Shown in pieces: positions 13,308-28,244 of a DNA stretch of 64,000 nt. Positions within the stretch are counted from its first letter, which is position 1, and each line of letters starts with the position of its first letter. Source of the DNA: Eledone cirrhosa (Eukaryota); assembly GCA_964016885.1 (NCBI GenBank), contig OZ024742.1:254386001-254450000 (forward strand). The letters are read 5' to 3'. The notes beneath the pieces were generated by a model. The model did no database searches, was not told the origin of the DNA, and was given only the letters and a program-made list of their open reading frames with translations. The position numbers and the translations under genes are program-made.

Positions 13308-16300
13308 TATCATCATTATCATCATCATCATCATTTTACGTCCGCTTTTCCCTGCTTGCAAGGGTGGGATGGGTCCTATTCAGCACAGCATCTCTCCTCT
13401 TGTCACGGTCCTTTGTCATCTCACCACCTCTGTCCATGGTTTTCGTGGTCTTCTTCTACTGCGTCTTCCTTCTACTGGCATTTCTTGGCACTTCTTCACC
13501 TAGCGGTCATCCTCCATGTGCATGACATGCCCATACCATCGAAGTCTTCTCTCCTGCACACTACAGCTTATCCCTCTCAAACACAGTTTCTCTCTCAATT
13601 CATCTATGCTTGGTCATTCACGTACATTGACATTGCACATCCAACGGAACATGCTTGCTTCATTTCTCTCCAGCCGTCACATATCCTCTGCAGTTCCTGC
13701 CCATGTCTCACTACCATGCAGCATCGCGCATCTCACACATATAACTAGCCTTTCATATGCAGGGAGAAACCCTTCTTTGTCAGCAGACGAAGCAGCTCCC
13801 TAAACTTCTTCCAACCCGTCCTTATTCTAGATACTATGGCCTCAGTACAGCCCCTCCCATGCTAATCTGATCACCTAGGTACCAGAAGCTATCAACCACT
13901 TCTAGAGAACCTACCTGCATTTGAAAAATGTGTCTATCAATGCGACTTCTACTGTCAAATTTCCCTGTACATCTACTGCATACATATTTTTTCCTACCTG
14001 TTAGTTTGCCTGCTATCCCACTACATCTCTTGTGTACCCAAGATCTGCATTGTGTATATTTTATAGAATTTATGCCAGTTCCTTTTCTGCATATCGAACA
14101 TGGCCATTTGCCTGACGGAATCAGATTTCTGTCCTCTTTTCTACATATCAACACTTTTGTTTTAGCTAGGTTCACTCTCAGTCCTCTTATTTCCAACTGC
14201 TGTTTCCATAGCCAGAATTTATTCTTTAGTCCTCTACTGATTCTGCTATAAGAACCAGATCGTCAGCATAGAGAAGTTCCCATGGGCAGCCAGACATAAA
14301 CTCCTCTCTTATGGCTTGGAGGACTATAATGAACAAGAGCAGGCTGAGGACCGAACCCTGATGTACTCCTACTTGTATCTGGAATTCCTCACTAAACTCC
14401 ATTACTACCCTCACCTTACTGACAGCACCTCTGTACAAATCTTACACTGTTTTCACAAACCATTCCTCAACACCTAGTTTCGGTAGGGACCACCAGATGA
14501 CAGATCGGAGTACCTTATCAAAGGCCTTCTCTAGGTCAACAAAAGCTATGTATAGTGGCTTATTCTTCTCTAAGAACCTCTCTTGTAGTTCTCTCACTAA
14601 GAAGAGGGTATTTGTTGTACTTTTCCCAGGCACAAAACTAAACTGCATCTCATCTCATTTGACCCTTTCTCTAATTAGTTGCGCTAATATCCTTTCTGCC
14701 ACTTTCATAACCTGATCCATTAGTTTTATGCCCCTATAATTTCCCCTCTCCAGCGCATCCTTTTGCCTTTGTAGCAATTTATGAGAATAATGCTGCACTA
14801 GTCTTTAGGTATGACACCGCCATATATAGCTTGATTGATGATGCGTGCAACCAGTTTAGTGCCTACTTCTCCTGATGCCTTCAGCATCTCAGCAACTATC
14901 TCCGACAGTCCAGCGGCCTTACCATTTTTCATTTCCTTAATTGCCTCTTGGACCCTATATTCGTCAATCTCAATAGCTGGTCCCTCTGTCAGGTCTACTG
15001 GGAGTAATTTCTCTCTCTCCCATTCGTTCTCCACATGCATCACTCTCTCATAATGACATTTCGAGGCCTCATTTTTTGATCATTTGTGACACTAAGAACA
15101 CCGGCATCATTCCAGACACATTTATCTCCAACAACATTCTGATTTGCATTGACACACTGCCTTGCAATGTGGAACACCGCACGCCTCTGATCTTCCCGTC
15201 GCAGAACATTGGCAAACCTCCTACTCTCAGCCTCCCCACATGCTAAGTACAGCTGATGTCTAGCTTCTCTCTTAGCGGCTGTGTATCCTTCTCTACTCCC
15301 ACCATTTTTCCAAGCGTTCCATGTAGCCTTTTGTCTCTAATGGCCCTATCTACAGTGCTGTTCCACCACGAGGTCACTCTCTGTCTGGTTGGAGCTCTAT
15401 TCAGCCACAAGTTTCTTCAGTAGTCTGCAGTAAGTTGTCACGTAAGAAATTCCAGTTATCATCTATATCATACTACTCTAAATCGTCTTCTTTTTCGTCA
15501 TACACATCCTGAAGGGCTTTCCTCAATTTATATTTTAGTGACATTTCTTTTAGCTTCCAGACCTTTCTTTTCCACACCTTCCTGTATGTCTCATTCTTTC
15601 TCTTGCTTACTGAGCTGTCACTAACGACTAACCTATGCTATGGGGCACATTCTTCCCCGGGGTATGCCTTAGTATTTGACACCATGTGTCTGTCTCACTG
15701 CCTAACTAGAAAGAAGTCAACCTGGCTTATGTGCTCGCCTGACTTGTAGGTTATTAGATGGATGGTAGGTTTCTTGAAGTTAGTGTTGCAAATGGTTAGT
15801 GCACTTGCATCACAAAATTCAAGAAGCCTCACTCCTTCTTCATTTATTGAGCCATAACTGTGCCCACCATGTACCTCAGTGAATCCATCCTGGAGCTGTC
15901 CAACATGACCATTGAAGTCCCCTGCTAGCATAACGATGTCATTGTGGCTGTGTCTAAAAGTTGCTTGTAAAAGCAGTCTTTCTCTTCTTTACCCAGGCCT
16001 GCCTGGGGAGCATAGGCAGAGATTATTGTCTGTAGTCTCTTGCCTACAACTTAATTATTCTATTACTAATTCTAACTACCACTATTGTCTTATCGATCCA
16101 TCTCTCAGCCAGTAAAATACCTACTCCACCTAACCCATCATCATTACCCACCCAGAAAAGATATTTGCCTGTGATTAGTCTTGCAGAAGCACCTCTCCAT
16201 CACACCTCTTGCACACAGCACACATCCACATGCCTTCTCTCCAGCATCTCCACTATCTCACCAGATCTACCTGTTAGAGTGCCAACTCTGAGATGCGACG

Positions 16301-16970
16301 TCTACATATTCTTGTTTTTGTTCCTGTTGTGCGATTGCTTGATGATGGTCGGGAGGTTCTCGCACATGGCCGCACCAGCCACCCCAATACCGTGCGCAGC
16401 CCTAACATGGTTAATGTTATTGCTGTTAACCAATTATTATTGTTGTGCGATTGCTTGATGACGGTCGGGGGGTTCTCACACATGGCCGCACCAGCCACCC
16501 CACCTCCGACCACATTGTTAGTGTTATTGCTATTTATGCAGTTGTTGCAATTCTAATTTGTGGTGCTCATAGATTTTGGCAGTAGTATATATACTGGTTG
16601 GATGCCCTTCTTAACACCAGCACCACTTTACAGCATGGACTGGGTGCTTTTATTCGTGCCACCAGTACTAGAGAGGTTGTGTTACTGGACTCAGGGGCCC
16701 TATCCACCCCTCCATTTTACAGCATTGACTGAAGCTTTTATTCATGCCACCAACACTAGGGAAGTTGTCTTACTGGATTAGGGGACTTCTCTACCCTGCA
16801 CCAATTTATTCGGAGTGGTAGCTCTCCTAGATGAGTTGCCTACGATACGGCTTACGGAGCCTCCGTCTGTCCCTTGTCTGTTCTATGCTATATTCATGAG
16901 GGAGTGGTTAGCATACAGCGTCAGGCATGTATACAGAATGTGGTGGAGGTGGGTGAGAACGGAAATGGCG
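13308..16970 (-). mobile_element. Near full-length RTE LINE family B (APE endonuclease + RT + PHD-like insert), degraded
   Basis: Endonuclease motifs VGTLTGRSGEIVEMLERR..VQEV (16165-16290) and LAGDFNGHVG (15931); RT motifs FVDLEKAFDKV, GVHQGSVLS and LLYADD; tail ggacgtaaaatgatgat at 13308-13345. The 5' boundary is approximate. Confidence 0.92.
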
Positions 16971-17032
16971 TATACATACATATTTATATGCACACACATT
17001 CAACACGGTTTTTTATCACATACAAATCTCAT

Positions 17033-17372
17033 ACATCATCATTTTCATCATTTTACGTCCGCTTTTCCCTGCTTGCAAGGGTGGGACAGGAATTGATTCT
17101 GGCTTGATTTCTACAGCTGGATGCCCTTCCTAATACCAACCTCATTTACAGTGAGTGGTGGGTGCTTTTTGCCGTGGCACCTCCACGACCACTTTGCAGT
17201 GGAATGATAGGGACCCCAGTCCCTATCATCTCATTTCTACAGCTGAGTAAACTGGAGCAATGTGAAATAAAGTGTCTTGCTCAAGGAAACAACACATCAC
17301 CTGGTCTGAGAATTGAACTCACAACCTTTCGATTGCAAGGCCAATGCTCTAACCACTAAGCCATGTGCCGTC
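17033..17372 (-). mobile_element. tRNA-derived SINE family 1 (tRNA head, CORE-like body, RTE-B tail)
   Basis: A box tggcttagtgg, B box gagttcaattc, ccttgagcaag body; tail matches the RTE-B 3' end. Copies at 46254 and 51838. Confidence 0.9.
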
Positions 17373-17374
17373 AC

Positions 17375-17432
<58 letters not shown>

Positions 17433-17986
17433 CCGAAAAAGTTTGGAGACATAAATGTTCACACTTATCTTATACAAAGTTCTCATAACAATCGATCACT
17501 TTTAACATATAGAAAATCACAGCGTTGAGCACATGCAGAATTTGTTTTTGCTTGAATACAGTGGATACATAAATGCATTTGTGAGTTTTAAATTGAATAA
17601 TGATAATATTATAACAACATTAATTATATTTGGTTCATTTGCAAGCAAACACCCTCATAACACTATGTGTATTAGATGACTAACGTCATCCTTGTTCTAG
17701 CAGTAGCAGAGAGAAACTATCAAGAATTGTTTCAGGTTTATTGCCCCTTGTCAAGATTGTGTTTCTAACACTTTTCTGCTGCACACTAGAACTCTTGAGA
17801 ATATATAGTATTCTCTAAATTACACAACGATTGATTACCCTAATTTGCATACTGAGCGATTCAACAGCTGGCTTTGCTGAATATTAAAAACAAATTTTGT
17901 TTTCCCTCTAACATAGTGCATACATAAATGCATTCATGAGTTTTATATTAAATAATAATATTATAATAACATTATTAATATTTTAA

Positions 17987-18172
17987 GAGCGGTGAATTGG
18001 CAGTATCGGTAGAGGGTCAGACGCCATGCTTTCCAGCATAGTTACCTCTCTTTTTGTTCTGAGTTCGAATCCCGCCAAGGTTAACTTTGCCTTTCATCCT
18101 TACGGGGTCGATAAAATAAAGTACTAGTAATGTACTGTGTAATTGCTGGCCTTGTGCCAAAAGTAGAAACTA
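17987..18172 (+). mobile_element. SINE family 2
   Basis: Matches 11718-11897. Confidence 0.85.
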
Positions 18173-18184
18173 TTAATAATATTC

Positions 18185-19110
18185 AATTTGTCTGCCTCTT
18201 AATGCTAGTCATAAAATCATTCAGTATGCATTTGGTGCTTATGTTGACAAGGTCTTTCTCGCAGGTGATGCTGCCAAGGTAAGGATATTCATTGACGATT
18301 TCTACCAGCTGTCTGACGTCCGGTGCTACTTGTCTGGGAGCTGGTTGGATAAGGATCTTTGTTTTTTTTTTTACATTGACCTGCATTCTGAAATGTTTGT
18401 AAGCCTTGTTGTACAGGTTTGCTGATCTCTGGAGGTTGATGGTAATCTGGTTCCCAGTCAAATTGTCGTCTTATATTGAAGTTCTCACACATGGGTAATG
18501 GTACTCTTTGTATGAGAGTGGAGTTGGGTGAGGCTGAAGAGTCTGCCATCGGGTCTATGTCAGATGTCAACACCAGGGCTGTCAGTGGGGTGGGGGGATT
18601 GTGTTAATCATGGCAGCGAGGTATAGTGAGAAGAGTGTCAGAATCAACAAACAGTCCTGCTTGAGGCCACCGGTGATTGGAAAAGGGTCTGAGAGGGCGC
18701 CCTGATGGTTCACCCAACCTTCCATTCTGTCATGGAGCATACGGATCAGAGACACGAAGTGGTCCGGACAACCAAAGTGGGTAAGAGTGGTGCTAATTGC
18801 TGGACTTGGACTTTGTCGAAGGCCTTCTGCAGATCCCCAAACATGAACATTAGTGGTTTCTGTTGGTCACGGCTCTTCTCCCCGAGCCCTCTGACACATA
18901 AGATTATATCTACAGTGCTTCTTGAAGTTCGGAAGCCACATTGGGATTCTGGAAGGCATTCTTCTGCTATGGAGAGGATTTGATTCCAAGGAGGATTTGC
19001 ATCAAGATCTTGCCAGTGATGCTTAGGAGGAAGAGGCCGCGATAGTTTCCACAGAGTGATTGGTCTCCATTCTTGAAAATTGTCACAATGTTGGCATTTT
19101 TTAAATCCTC
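18185..19110 (-). mobile_element. Old RTE (BovB-like) RT fragment with internal deletions
   Basis: ANIVTIFKNGDQSLCGNYRGLFLLSITGKIL, DLQKAFDKV and YPYLGS motifs. Confidence 0.8.
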
Positions 19111-20011
19111 AGAGGCAGTATTGGAATAAGCTTGACCATATATACATGGGCTCAAAGCCTACAGATTATTCAATGATGAGAAATGGTGGATATTGAATAA
19201 TCTTCCCAACAAAAGGCCATTGAATACTCACCTGGAATTCTTCCCATAATACTCCCACATGACGAAACACAATTTAGAACTGGCTTTCTTAACAGCTGAT
19301 TTTTTCTAAAAAATTCCCTATCTATTTTCTTAACGTTTTTGTAGCAGTTTCTCCCCTTGAGATGATCAACATGGCAACTACAACTGATGGAGTTGTCCCT
19401 CTTAGGCCAAAAATGTCCTTTCTATACTTCTCTCACTATTCTCCCCTTATCTCTCTCTTTCATCACTCACCTATCTCCCTCCCTTTAACTAAACATCTTT
19501 CAGTTCACTTCGACCAGGACAGTTTTAAAAAATTGGCCCTCAAGGCCAATGAAATGTAGAGTTTATTTTTTCAAGCATTGCAGAAAATTTGAAGTCACTG
19601 CCATCTTTCTCCTTAGAAAAAAAGCCTATATATTTAACCTTTTTCACAAGTCGTTACAATCTAAGAATTTATGAGACTAAGTAAGCTATGAATGCCATGT
19701 TACGTTACACAAAGGAGTTTGATAAAAATAAACAAATGTTTCTGTCAAATCTATAATAAGTTACATGCCATAAAAACATCTGTTAAGGCACAAGACAAAA
19801 TATACATGTATTTCAACAAACAACTATGACATAATATTTTGCCTCTTTTCTACAAGTTAAAGGTTGATTGATTGAATCTTTCTGCAGATACTTTTCACAA
19901 ATATACGCAAATATTAACCTATATATCCAACATCTGCATATATACATTCTCTTTCTCTCTGTATATCTATCAGTTTCTCTCTAAGTATATATCATCATCA
20001 TCATTTTACGT

Positions 20012-20049
<38 letters not shown>

Positions 20050-20253
20050 ATACTTGGGGAGGGTCATATTTGTGTAATATTGCCAGAATTAATAACAGAA
20101 CACACTCACTGTTTGGTTGGTTTTCGCTTCTCGCTTCTGTGTCTTTTATATCGGTAATCTAACTTACTCGGTCCTCAATGTTGCCATTGACTGACCGACG
20201 GTCAAAAAATAATACAGATACAATATAGACACAAACACATATATATATAGTTT

Positions 20254-20295
20254 ATGATAAATCTTTCGTTGCACATCTGCAACATCGTCAGTGGT
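20254..20295 (-). ncRNA. Minimal hammerhead ribozyme in PLE terminal repeat
   Basis: CTGACGA-t-gttgca-gatg-tgcaac-GAAA on the minus strand. Confidence 0.6.
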
Positions 20296-21769
20296 GTTAT
20301 CGTTTCCTCCTGTTGTATTATATGTCTACGCCATTTTTATTCAGTCTGTCTATATATTTATTTATTTATTTGCTTGTTTGTTTATTTTATTTTGTCTTCT
20401 TTGCGTATGCGTTTGCGTGTGTGTAGTGTTTTGTTTGCTGTGTGATGGGTGACTAGTGTGTGTTTATGTGTTTGTTGTTATTGTGTTTGTGTATGTATTT
20501 ATTTATTTATTTATTTATTTTATTTTATTTACTTATTTATACTTCTCTTAGGTCAGTGTTGTTTGTTTGGGTGTTGTTATTCCATTCATTCTTTCTGTTT
20601 AGTCTTGGCCTTCTAATTTCTATTTCACTGGCCTCTCTGATTTGCCTATCTGCTGGGTCATTTCTATGTTTAGATATTATTCTAATTTCTATGTTGTCTA
20701 TGTTACCGTCATGTTGTTGTCTAGCATGTTCGTATAGTACTGACCCGTTTTTTCGTCCTTTTAGTTCCCCCAGTGTTGGTCTATCCTTTCACCTATGCTA
20801 CGTGCTGTCTCACCTATGTATGTTGTTGTCATGTTTCTGCAAGTACCCTCTGTACATCTTATGCTATAGACTACGTTTCTAGTTTTACAGTTTATCCGGG
20901 GGTTTACCTTTCATATGATACACTTCCTATTGGTACAGTGGGTTTTCTTAAAAGGGTAGGTTTTGCTGATCAGGGATTTTATGGTGGTTCCTGGCTTTTC
21001 CCCTTCCAAACACCCTAACAATAGACTACCTGGATTAATACTATAGACGAGAGAGCCCAAATTCTCCACTCACACTATGCTAAACCCATGGCCTCCAAAT
21101 ACCTGATACTCAAAAACTCAGCAATGTCCAGTAGTGCTAAGTTTAATATTCTCATCGCAGATTTGGTATGAGTGATGAAGAATGTGTCCCGCATGTGCGA
21201 CCCAACAGAAATGGAAAGACACACCCAACACTTCATCAACCGCATGCAATTCTCTGGCTACAACCAAAGAGACAGAGTTAGAGTATACGAAGGAGCCATG
21301 GAGAAGTATAAGACCCTCATAGAACAGGACATGAAAGGAATTTGCCCATTATACAGGAGCAAATCATGGAATAGCTTAGATAGGGCTAGACATAAGATAG
21401 GGAAAGCAACCTCATGGTACGACAATCAGAGAGGCCAGTGAAATAGAAATTAGAAGGCCAAGACTAAACAGAAAGAATGAATGGAATAACAACAACACCC
21501 AAACAAACAACACTGACCTAAGAGAAGTATAAATAAGTAAATAAAATAAAATAAATAAATAAATAAATACATACACAAACACAATAACAACAAGCACATA
21601 AACACACACTAGTCACCCATCACACAGCAAACAAAACACAACACACACGCAAACGCATGCGCAAAGAAGACAAAATAAAATAAACAAACAAGCAAATAAA
21701 TAAATAAATATATAGACAGACTGAATAAAAATGGCGTAGACATATAATACAACAGGAGGAAACGATAAC

Positions 21770-21811
21770 ACCACTGACGATGTTGCAGATGTGCAACGAA
21801 AGATTTATGAT
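21770..21811 (+). ncRNA. Minimal hammerhead ribozyme in PLE terminal repeat
   Basis: acca-CTGACGA-t-gttgca-gatg-tgcaac-GAAA-gatt-TA-tgat. Confidence 0.65.
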
Positions 21812-22059
21812 AAACTATATATATGTGTTTGTGTCTATATTGTATCTGTATTATTTTTTGACCGTCGGTCAGTCAATGGCAACATTGAGGACCGAGTAAG
21901 TTAGATTACCGATATAAAAGACACAGAAGCAAGAAGCGAAAACCAACCAAACAGTGAGTGTGTTCTGTTATTAATTCTGGCAATATTACACAAATATGAC
22001 CCTCCCCAAGTATAACAATATTTGTTTCGACACACGATTTCATATAAAACACCTCGCAA

Positions 22060-22897
<838 letters not shown>

Positions 22898-23967
22898 GTA
22901 ACGAAGGAAATGTGGTAAGGAACCAGGTGGACCATAACGCACCAAAGTACTCGATACTTGAGGTAGTAGAGTGGGTAATAGGAACCAGTAAGACCCCGAC
23001 AGTTGAGCTCAAGCCGTTTCGACGGCTAATTCTGGACTAAATGAAAATTTATCCTGGTATTTAAATAGCCGATCTTCTCAAGGGGTAATTCCATATATGG
23101 TCAAAGTGATTGTCAAAAATCAGTAGTAATTCTGTGGTTGCAAATTAGTAGGGGAGATGGTGTCTAAACCTGCCAGTAGGAGAAAGAGGGGAGGGGTGGA
23201 GTAGACCCAATCAAGCGTTGGTAGTGCCAGCTACAGCTGGGCATGAGGTCAAAGAAGATACAGGGGAGGGGGAGGAAGTCGGAACGGTAGGTAGAACAAT
23301 GGGGGGTAGAAATAGGAAAGAAAAAATACTGAGAGTGAAGAAAAGCAAATAAGTGTAAAGAAAAAAGTAAAGTAAATTAAATTCTACGACCTAGGTCTCA
23401 GGCTATTGTTAGGCTAGAATAAAATAAAGAAAGAAAGAAAGAAGTAAAGAAAGAAAGAAATAACGAAATAAGTAAAAGAACTAGGTGGGACGGAATAGGC
23501 AAGGACCCTTTTAAGAGGTATAAGTACGTAAATGATACGGTGACGGGTCAACAAAAGGGGCCAAAATACTAAAGAGACTACCACGAAATAAACAATAAAG
23601 GTTTCCATCCCGGGCCAGCAACGACCCAGTGCAGCAAAGTGAACTTGTACGAGATAATAATTCTGAGTCCCGAGAAAAATATATACTAATGCTAACTCTA
23701 AAAGATCTAAAACAAGCTACATGAAAGTTCGTACGAAATAAAGGTCGAATACGGAGAAATAAATTCAGAATCCACCCCGCCCAGAAGAAAAGCGAAGCAA
23801 GAAATACTGAAACGAAAAAATAAGGCATAAGTGCCACTAAGAAATATAGAGGGCACCGAGAATAGTGGGAGCGGTCGGAAAAAGGGGGCAAGTATCCGGG
23901 GTCTAAGCCAACTGCTATAAAGGGCGGAGTCTGCCAAATATATCATAGACTAGGGGAGGGGGGTGGT
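22898..23967 (-). mobile_element. ~1.07-kb non-coding element ending in an HHR-bearing terminal repeat
   Basis: Bounded by (TA)n on both sides; its terminal ~140 bp recurs at 33358-33497 and, inverted, at 40225-40350. Confidence 0.6.
22993..23086 (-). ncRNA. Type I hammerhead ribozyme, U3-A8 core variant, long stem II loop
   Basis: acccc-TTGAGAA-gatcggcta...tagccgtc-GAAA-cggcttgagctcaactg-TC-ggggt. Confidence 0.72.
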
Positions 23968-24004
23968 GTATATATATGTATATATGTATATATATGTATA
24001 TATG

Positions 24005-24039
<35 letters not shown>

Positions 24040-24040
24040 G

Positions 24041-24071
<31 letters not shown>

Positions 24072-24166
24072 GTATATATATGTATATATGTATATATATA
24101 TATATATGTATATATATATGTATATATATGTATATATGTATATATATATATATATGTATATATATA

Positions 24167-24210
<44 letters not shown>
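23968..24210. repeat. (TA)n/(TATG) microsatellite
   Basis: Direct reading. Confidence 0.95.
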
Positions 24211-24213
<3 letters not shown>

Positions 24214-24985
24214 GGTTCAGTACTATACGAACATGCCAGACAACAACACGACGGTAACATAGACAAGATAGAAATTAGATTAATATCTAAACATAGAAAT
24301 GACCCAGCAGATAGGCAAATCAGAGAGGCCAGTGAAATAGAACTTAGAAGGCCAAGGCTAAACAGAAAAAATGAATGGAATAACAACACCCAAACAAACA
24401 ACACTAACCTAAGAGAAGTGTAAATAAATAAATAAATAAATAGATAAATAAATAAATACATACAGAAGCACAATAACAACAAACACATATAAACACACAC
24501 TAGTAAAGATAGAATACATTAACCAATACACAGTCACCCAAACACGAACACACATCAATCAAAGCACTATACACACACGCAAACGCATGCGCAAAGAAGA
24601 CAAAAAAAAACAAACAAATAAATAAATATATAAACAGACTAAATAAAGATGGCGTAGAAAATACAATGCAACGGGAGGAAACAATAGCACCACTGACGAT
24701 GTTGCAGATGTGCAACGAAAGAACTTTGATAGACTATATATATGTGTTTGTGTCTATATTGTATCTGTATTTTTGACCGTTGGTCAGTCAATGGCAACAT
24801 TGAGGACCGAATAAATTAAATTAACCGATATAAAAGACACAGAAGCGAAAAGCGAAAACCAACCAAACAGTGAGTGTGTTCTGTTATTAATTCTGGCAAT
24901 ATTACACAAATATGACCCTCCCCAAGTATAACAATATTTGTTTCGACATACGATTTCATATAAAAAACCTCGCAAAACTATAAAC
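24211..24985 (+). mobile_element. PLE 3' fragment: GIY-YIG C-terminus plus terminal repeat (HHR at 24689-24730)
   Basis: [38 protein letters not shown]; same family as 21425-22063. Confidence 0.85.
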
Positions 24986-25000
24986 TATATATATATATAT

Positions 25001-25687
25001 ATCATCATCATCATCATCATCATCAACGTTTAACGTCCGTGTTCCACGCTTGCATGGGTTTGGACGGGGGTAGTCCCACTTGAGGCAAGAGTGATTGTCT
25101 TGCTCGCATAGGACTGTCTGGCAGGTTTTCTACAGTTGGATGCCCTTCCTAACACCAACCACATTTACAGTGTGGGTCTGGGAGGTTTTTACCGTGTTGC
25201 CTACACGGCCACATTACAGCGTGGACTGTGTGTTTTTTTTGTCGTGACACCTACACGATCTCATTTGTTTCGGCCTGGATGGCGCGGCACCAACATAACT
25301 TTACATAGAACTGGGTGGTGTGGATGGGGTGGGGGTGGTGGTGGTGGGACGGGGTGTATTTTGTTAGAGATGCCTACTGGCTGGAGTAGGTTTTACTATA
25401 TATTTAGGTAAGGCGGGTCTTCTCTGTTACTGAGTACCGCCAAAGGTCTCGGTCCAGTGACATTGTCTTGGAGAGGTGTAAGTGTGTGATGTCGGAGTTT
25501 ATCAGCTCGTCCCAGGTTTTTCTAGGTCTGCCTATTCCGTGACTACCATCTATCTTTATTGCCCTGCACTTTGTTATACAGCTATCGACTTTCATGCGCA
25601 TCACGTGTCCATACCAACATATCCTTCTCTCGAGTAAACAACATCTGATCCCTCTTATCTCTAATTTTTTCCTTAGTTCGTTTCTGC
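25001..25687 (-). mobile_element. RTE family A 3' fragment
   Basis: ORF 25404-25604 matches the C-terminus of 34612-36006; 3' UTR and (GAT)n tail present; TA flanks. Confidence 0.93.
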
Positions 25688-26309
25688 TATATATATATAT
25701 ATATATTGGAAAATTTGTGAAATCCTTGGTACAGTTAGGTGTATATTTGAAAAAAGGAAAAGAATGACTTCACTTGTAGTTCTAAACAATTTAATTTTAT
25801 AATGTTATAATTTTACAATTTGGTTTTGTAGATCTAGTAAACTGTTTGTTAACTTCGGTGGGGAGATTTTTAAAGATTCTCAGTTAACTTTCCTTGAGAA
25901 CTTTCTCACATTCATCGGTGGTGCTTGTCAAACTGATCTCAGGTTGTGTTGTGAAGTGTGACACTATGTATAAGTGATTTTAGTGTCTCTGGGTGGGGGT
26001 GAAGGGGGGGGGGTGTTAAGGAATATGGGAGTGAAGGAGTGTTGATGAAAATTTAAAGGAATTAAAGCATATATATACAGAAAATTAGGAAATGGTAAAA
26101 GCAAGATAATTGATAGGGAGTGGAGTTGTGAGATGTCGGGGTGTTTAAGGAGTGTTTTAGAAAGGGCTTGTGAAAGTACCCTCCTGTTGGTTCCATTTCA
26201 ATAGATGACATTTAGTGAATAAAATATAATGGCCAGATGCTTTTCAAATTCTTTTCTTATAGCTGTATCTTAAATTTATAAAGAAAAACTTCAACAATTT
26301 TCTATATTA

Positions 26310-27860
26310 AAGCTGAATATAGAGTTCAAAATTTTGGCGAAGGTATTAGCAACAAGGTTGGCATTTGACGTCAGGAGTCTTGTGGGAGAGGCACAAACAT
26401 GCACTACTCCCAAGAGATCCATCTGCGACAACCTCCATCTCATGCGATATATAATAGAGAAGGTAGCTAAGGTACCTGGAGAGATCGAGAGGCATCCTGT
26501 GCGAACTGGGATGTGGGAGAACCATGTCAGCTTATGCTGAAGAACTCACCAAAAGTGGTATCAATCTCCAAACACATCAAGGCAATCGGAACTACTCTTA
26601 GAGAATTAGGCGGTGACAGGAGCAAATATTAACCAGGGCAGGTTGGCGGGCCTGCAACTCTGCACCTCCTTGCCATCCAACAGTGTTGTCAGGTGCTGGA
26701 CAGACCGGTTACATTGCTAGGAATCTGGTTTGGTCCAGACCTCCAGAAGGACAGAAATTGAGATGAGGTGACAAGCAGAGTGGTCACTCTCACCAAGAAA
26801 TGGGCTGAGAGAAAGCTATCCCTGAAAGGATGTGGCAAACGTGTATATTATATCCATCATGTACTACTGCCTGACCATCGTGCATTGTCCTCAGCCTCGT
26901 CTGATTACACTGGAGCATTTGCTCTTTTGCTGTTTGTGAAAGAGATGCACTTCGATGGTTAGGCAATCCTTCTGCAGTCAACACCCACTACGTGGAGGAC
27001 TGGGTATGTCGTAGCTGATGATGCACAGACATGTGCTGAGACTACGACATCTCCAGTATTTCCTAGGTGTTGAACAGCTTGTCTCCTTGATGGAGCTGCA
27101 ATCCTGGGTCAAGCGGAGAGCAAGAGAGAGCGCTTGAAACTGGAATGTCTCCAAACACTCACAATCGAGCTTTGTGATCGATGGAAACTCCACCTTGGCT
27201 TTCTATAGAATTTTAGTGAAGGGTGAGAGCGTCAATTTCCTTGGGGAAACTCTGGGTGTCAATGGAAGCCAACTAGCTATTATCTTTCAGTCCAGGGTCA
27301 ATAGATTACCTCCAGAAATCCCTGGCCTGGCAGTGCTGCCAGGGAGCATTGTCAGTTTCAGATAAACTTTACAGACATAGAAGTGTCAACAGCCGGGCCT
27401 GTCCGGGATGTGTGCAGGGTGATGAGACCCTCGTGCATGCACTTGTCCAGTGTCTGAGTATCGCTGACTTATGGGTTTATGTCGAACATCTGCTGTCACG
27501 TGTAGGACAGCCCCACTGGCCTTTTTAACCAAGAAGGACAGGCAGTTGTTATCTGCCTTGTGACATTGGTGAAAGGGTTTATGTGGTGGATGTGTCTGAA
27601 AGGGTTGAAGATGGGAACTTTCCTCTTCGGCGACGTTCTCATTAACCTTTTCAGTTTTCACCTGAAAAGGAAAATCAGGGTGGAGAGGGAAGTGCTGATT
27701 TCCAGCCAGTTTGTTGAAAGGTGGGTGAGAGGCAAGAATGGCCCGTGTGAATGGACCTGCTTTGAGCATATGCCTGTAGTATTGAAGGACAACTGGGAGA
27801 GGCCACTTGACCTAGCAGTCAGGGTGACCATGGCTTTTGTGGGCTTTCACCATGAGTAAC
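26310..27860 (+). mobile_element. L1/Tx1-clade LINE, degraded and internally deleted
   Basis: LNIEFKILAKVLATRL..VGEAQTC...RSICDNLHLMR, WAERKLSLKG and GGLG motifs. Confidence 0.8.
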
Positions 27861-28244
27861 CCTTGGAGTTTCCTCACCTTTGGGGAATTTGTTATATATG
27901 TTATTTAAAATAATTTTATTTCCTTAATCTACATTATAAACTTTTTATTTACACAAAAATAACCATCGTTGTGTACCATCTTTAATGCCTCCCCTGTCTG
28001 GCTAATAATGAAAGCATTATTAATATTATTATTATTTATCTTTTATCCTTTACTCTTTCTATATTTTATTACATTTTTTTTTATATTTTACTTTTTCTGT
28101 GGTCTTTAAATGTAAATCTGCTGCTATTCATTTACTTAATCCCTCCCCCAACCCTCTAAAAGCCCAGGAATAAGTGCATATAATAGGATCTCATGACCAT
28201 TGTCAACAGTTTAGAAGTGTTTTTGTGCATATAAACTCACTTAT

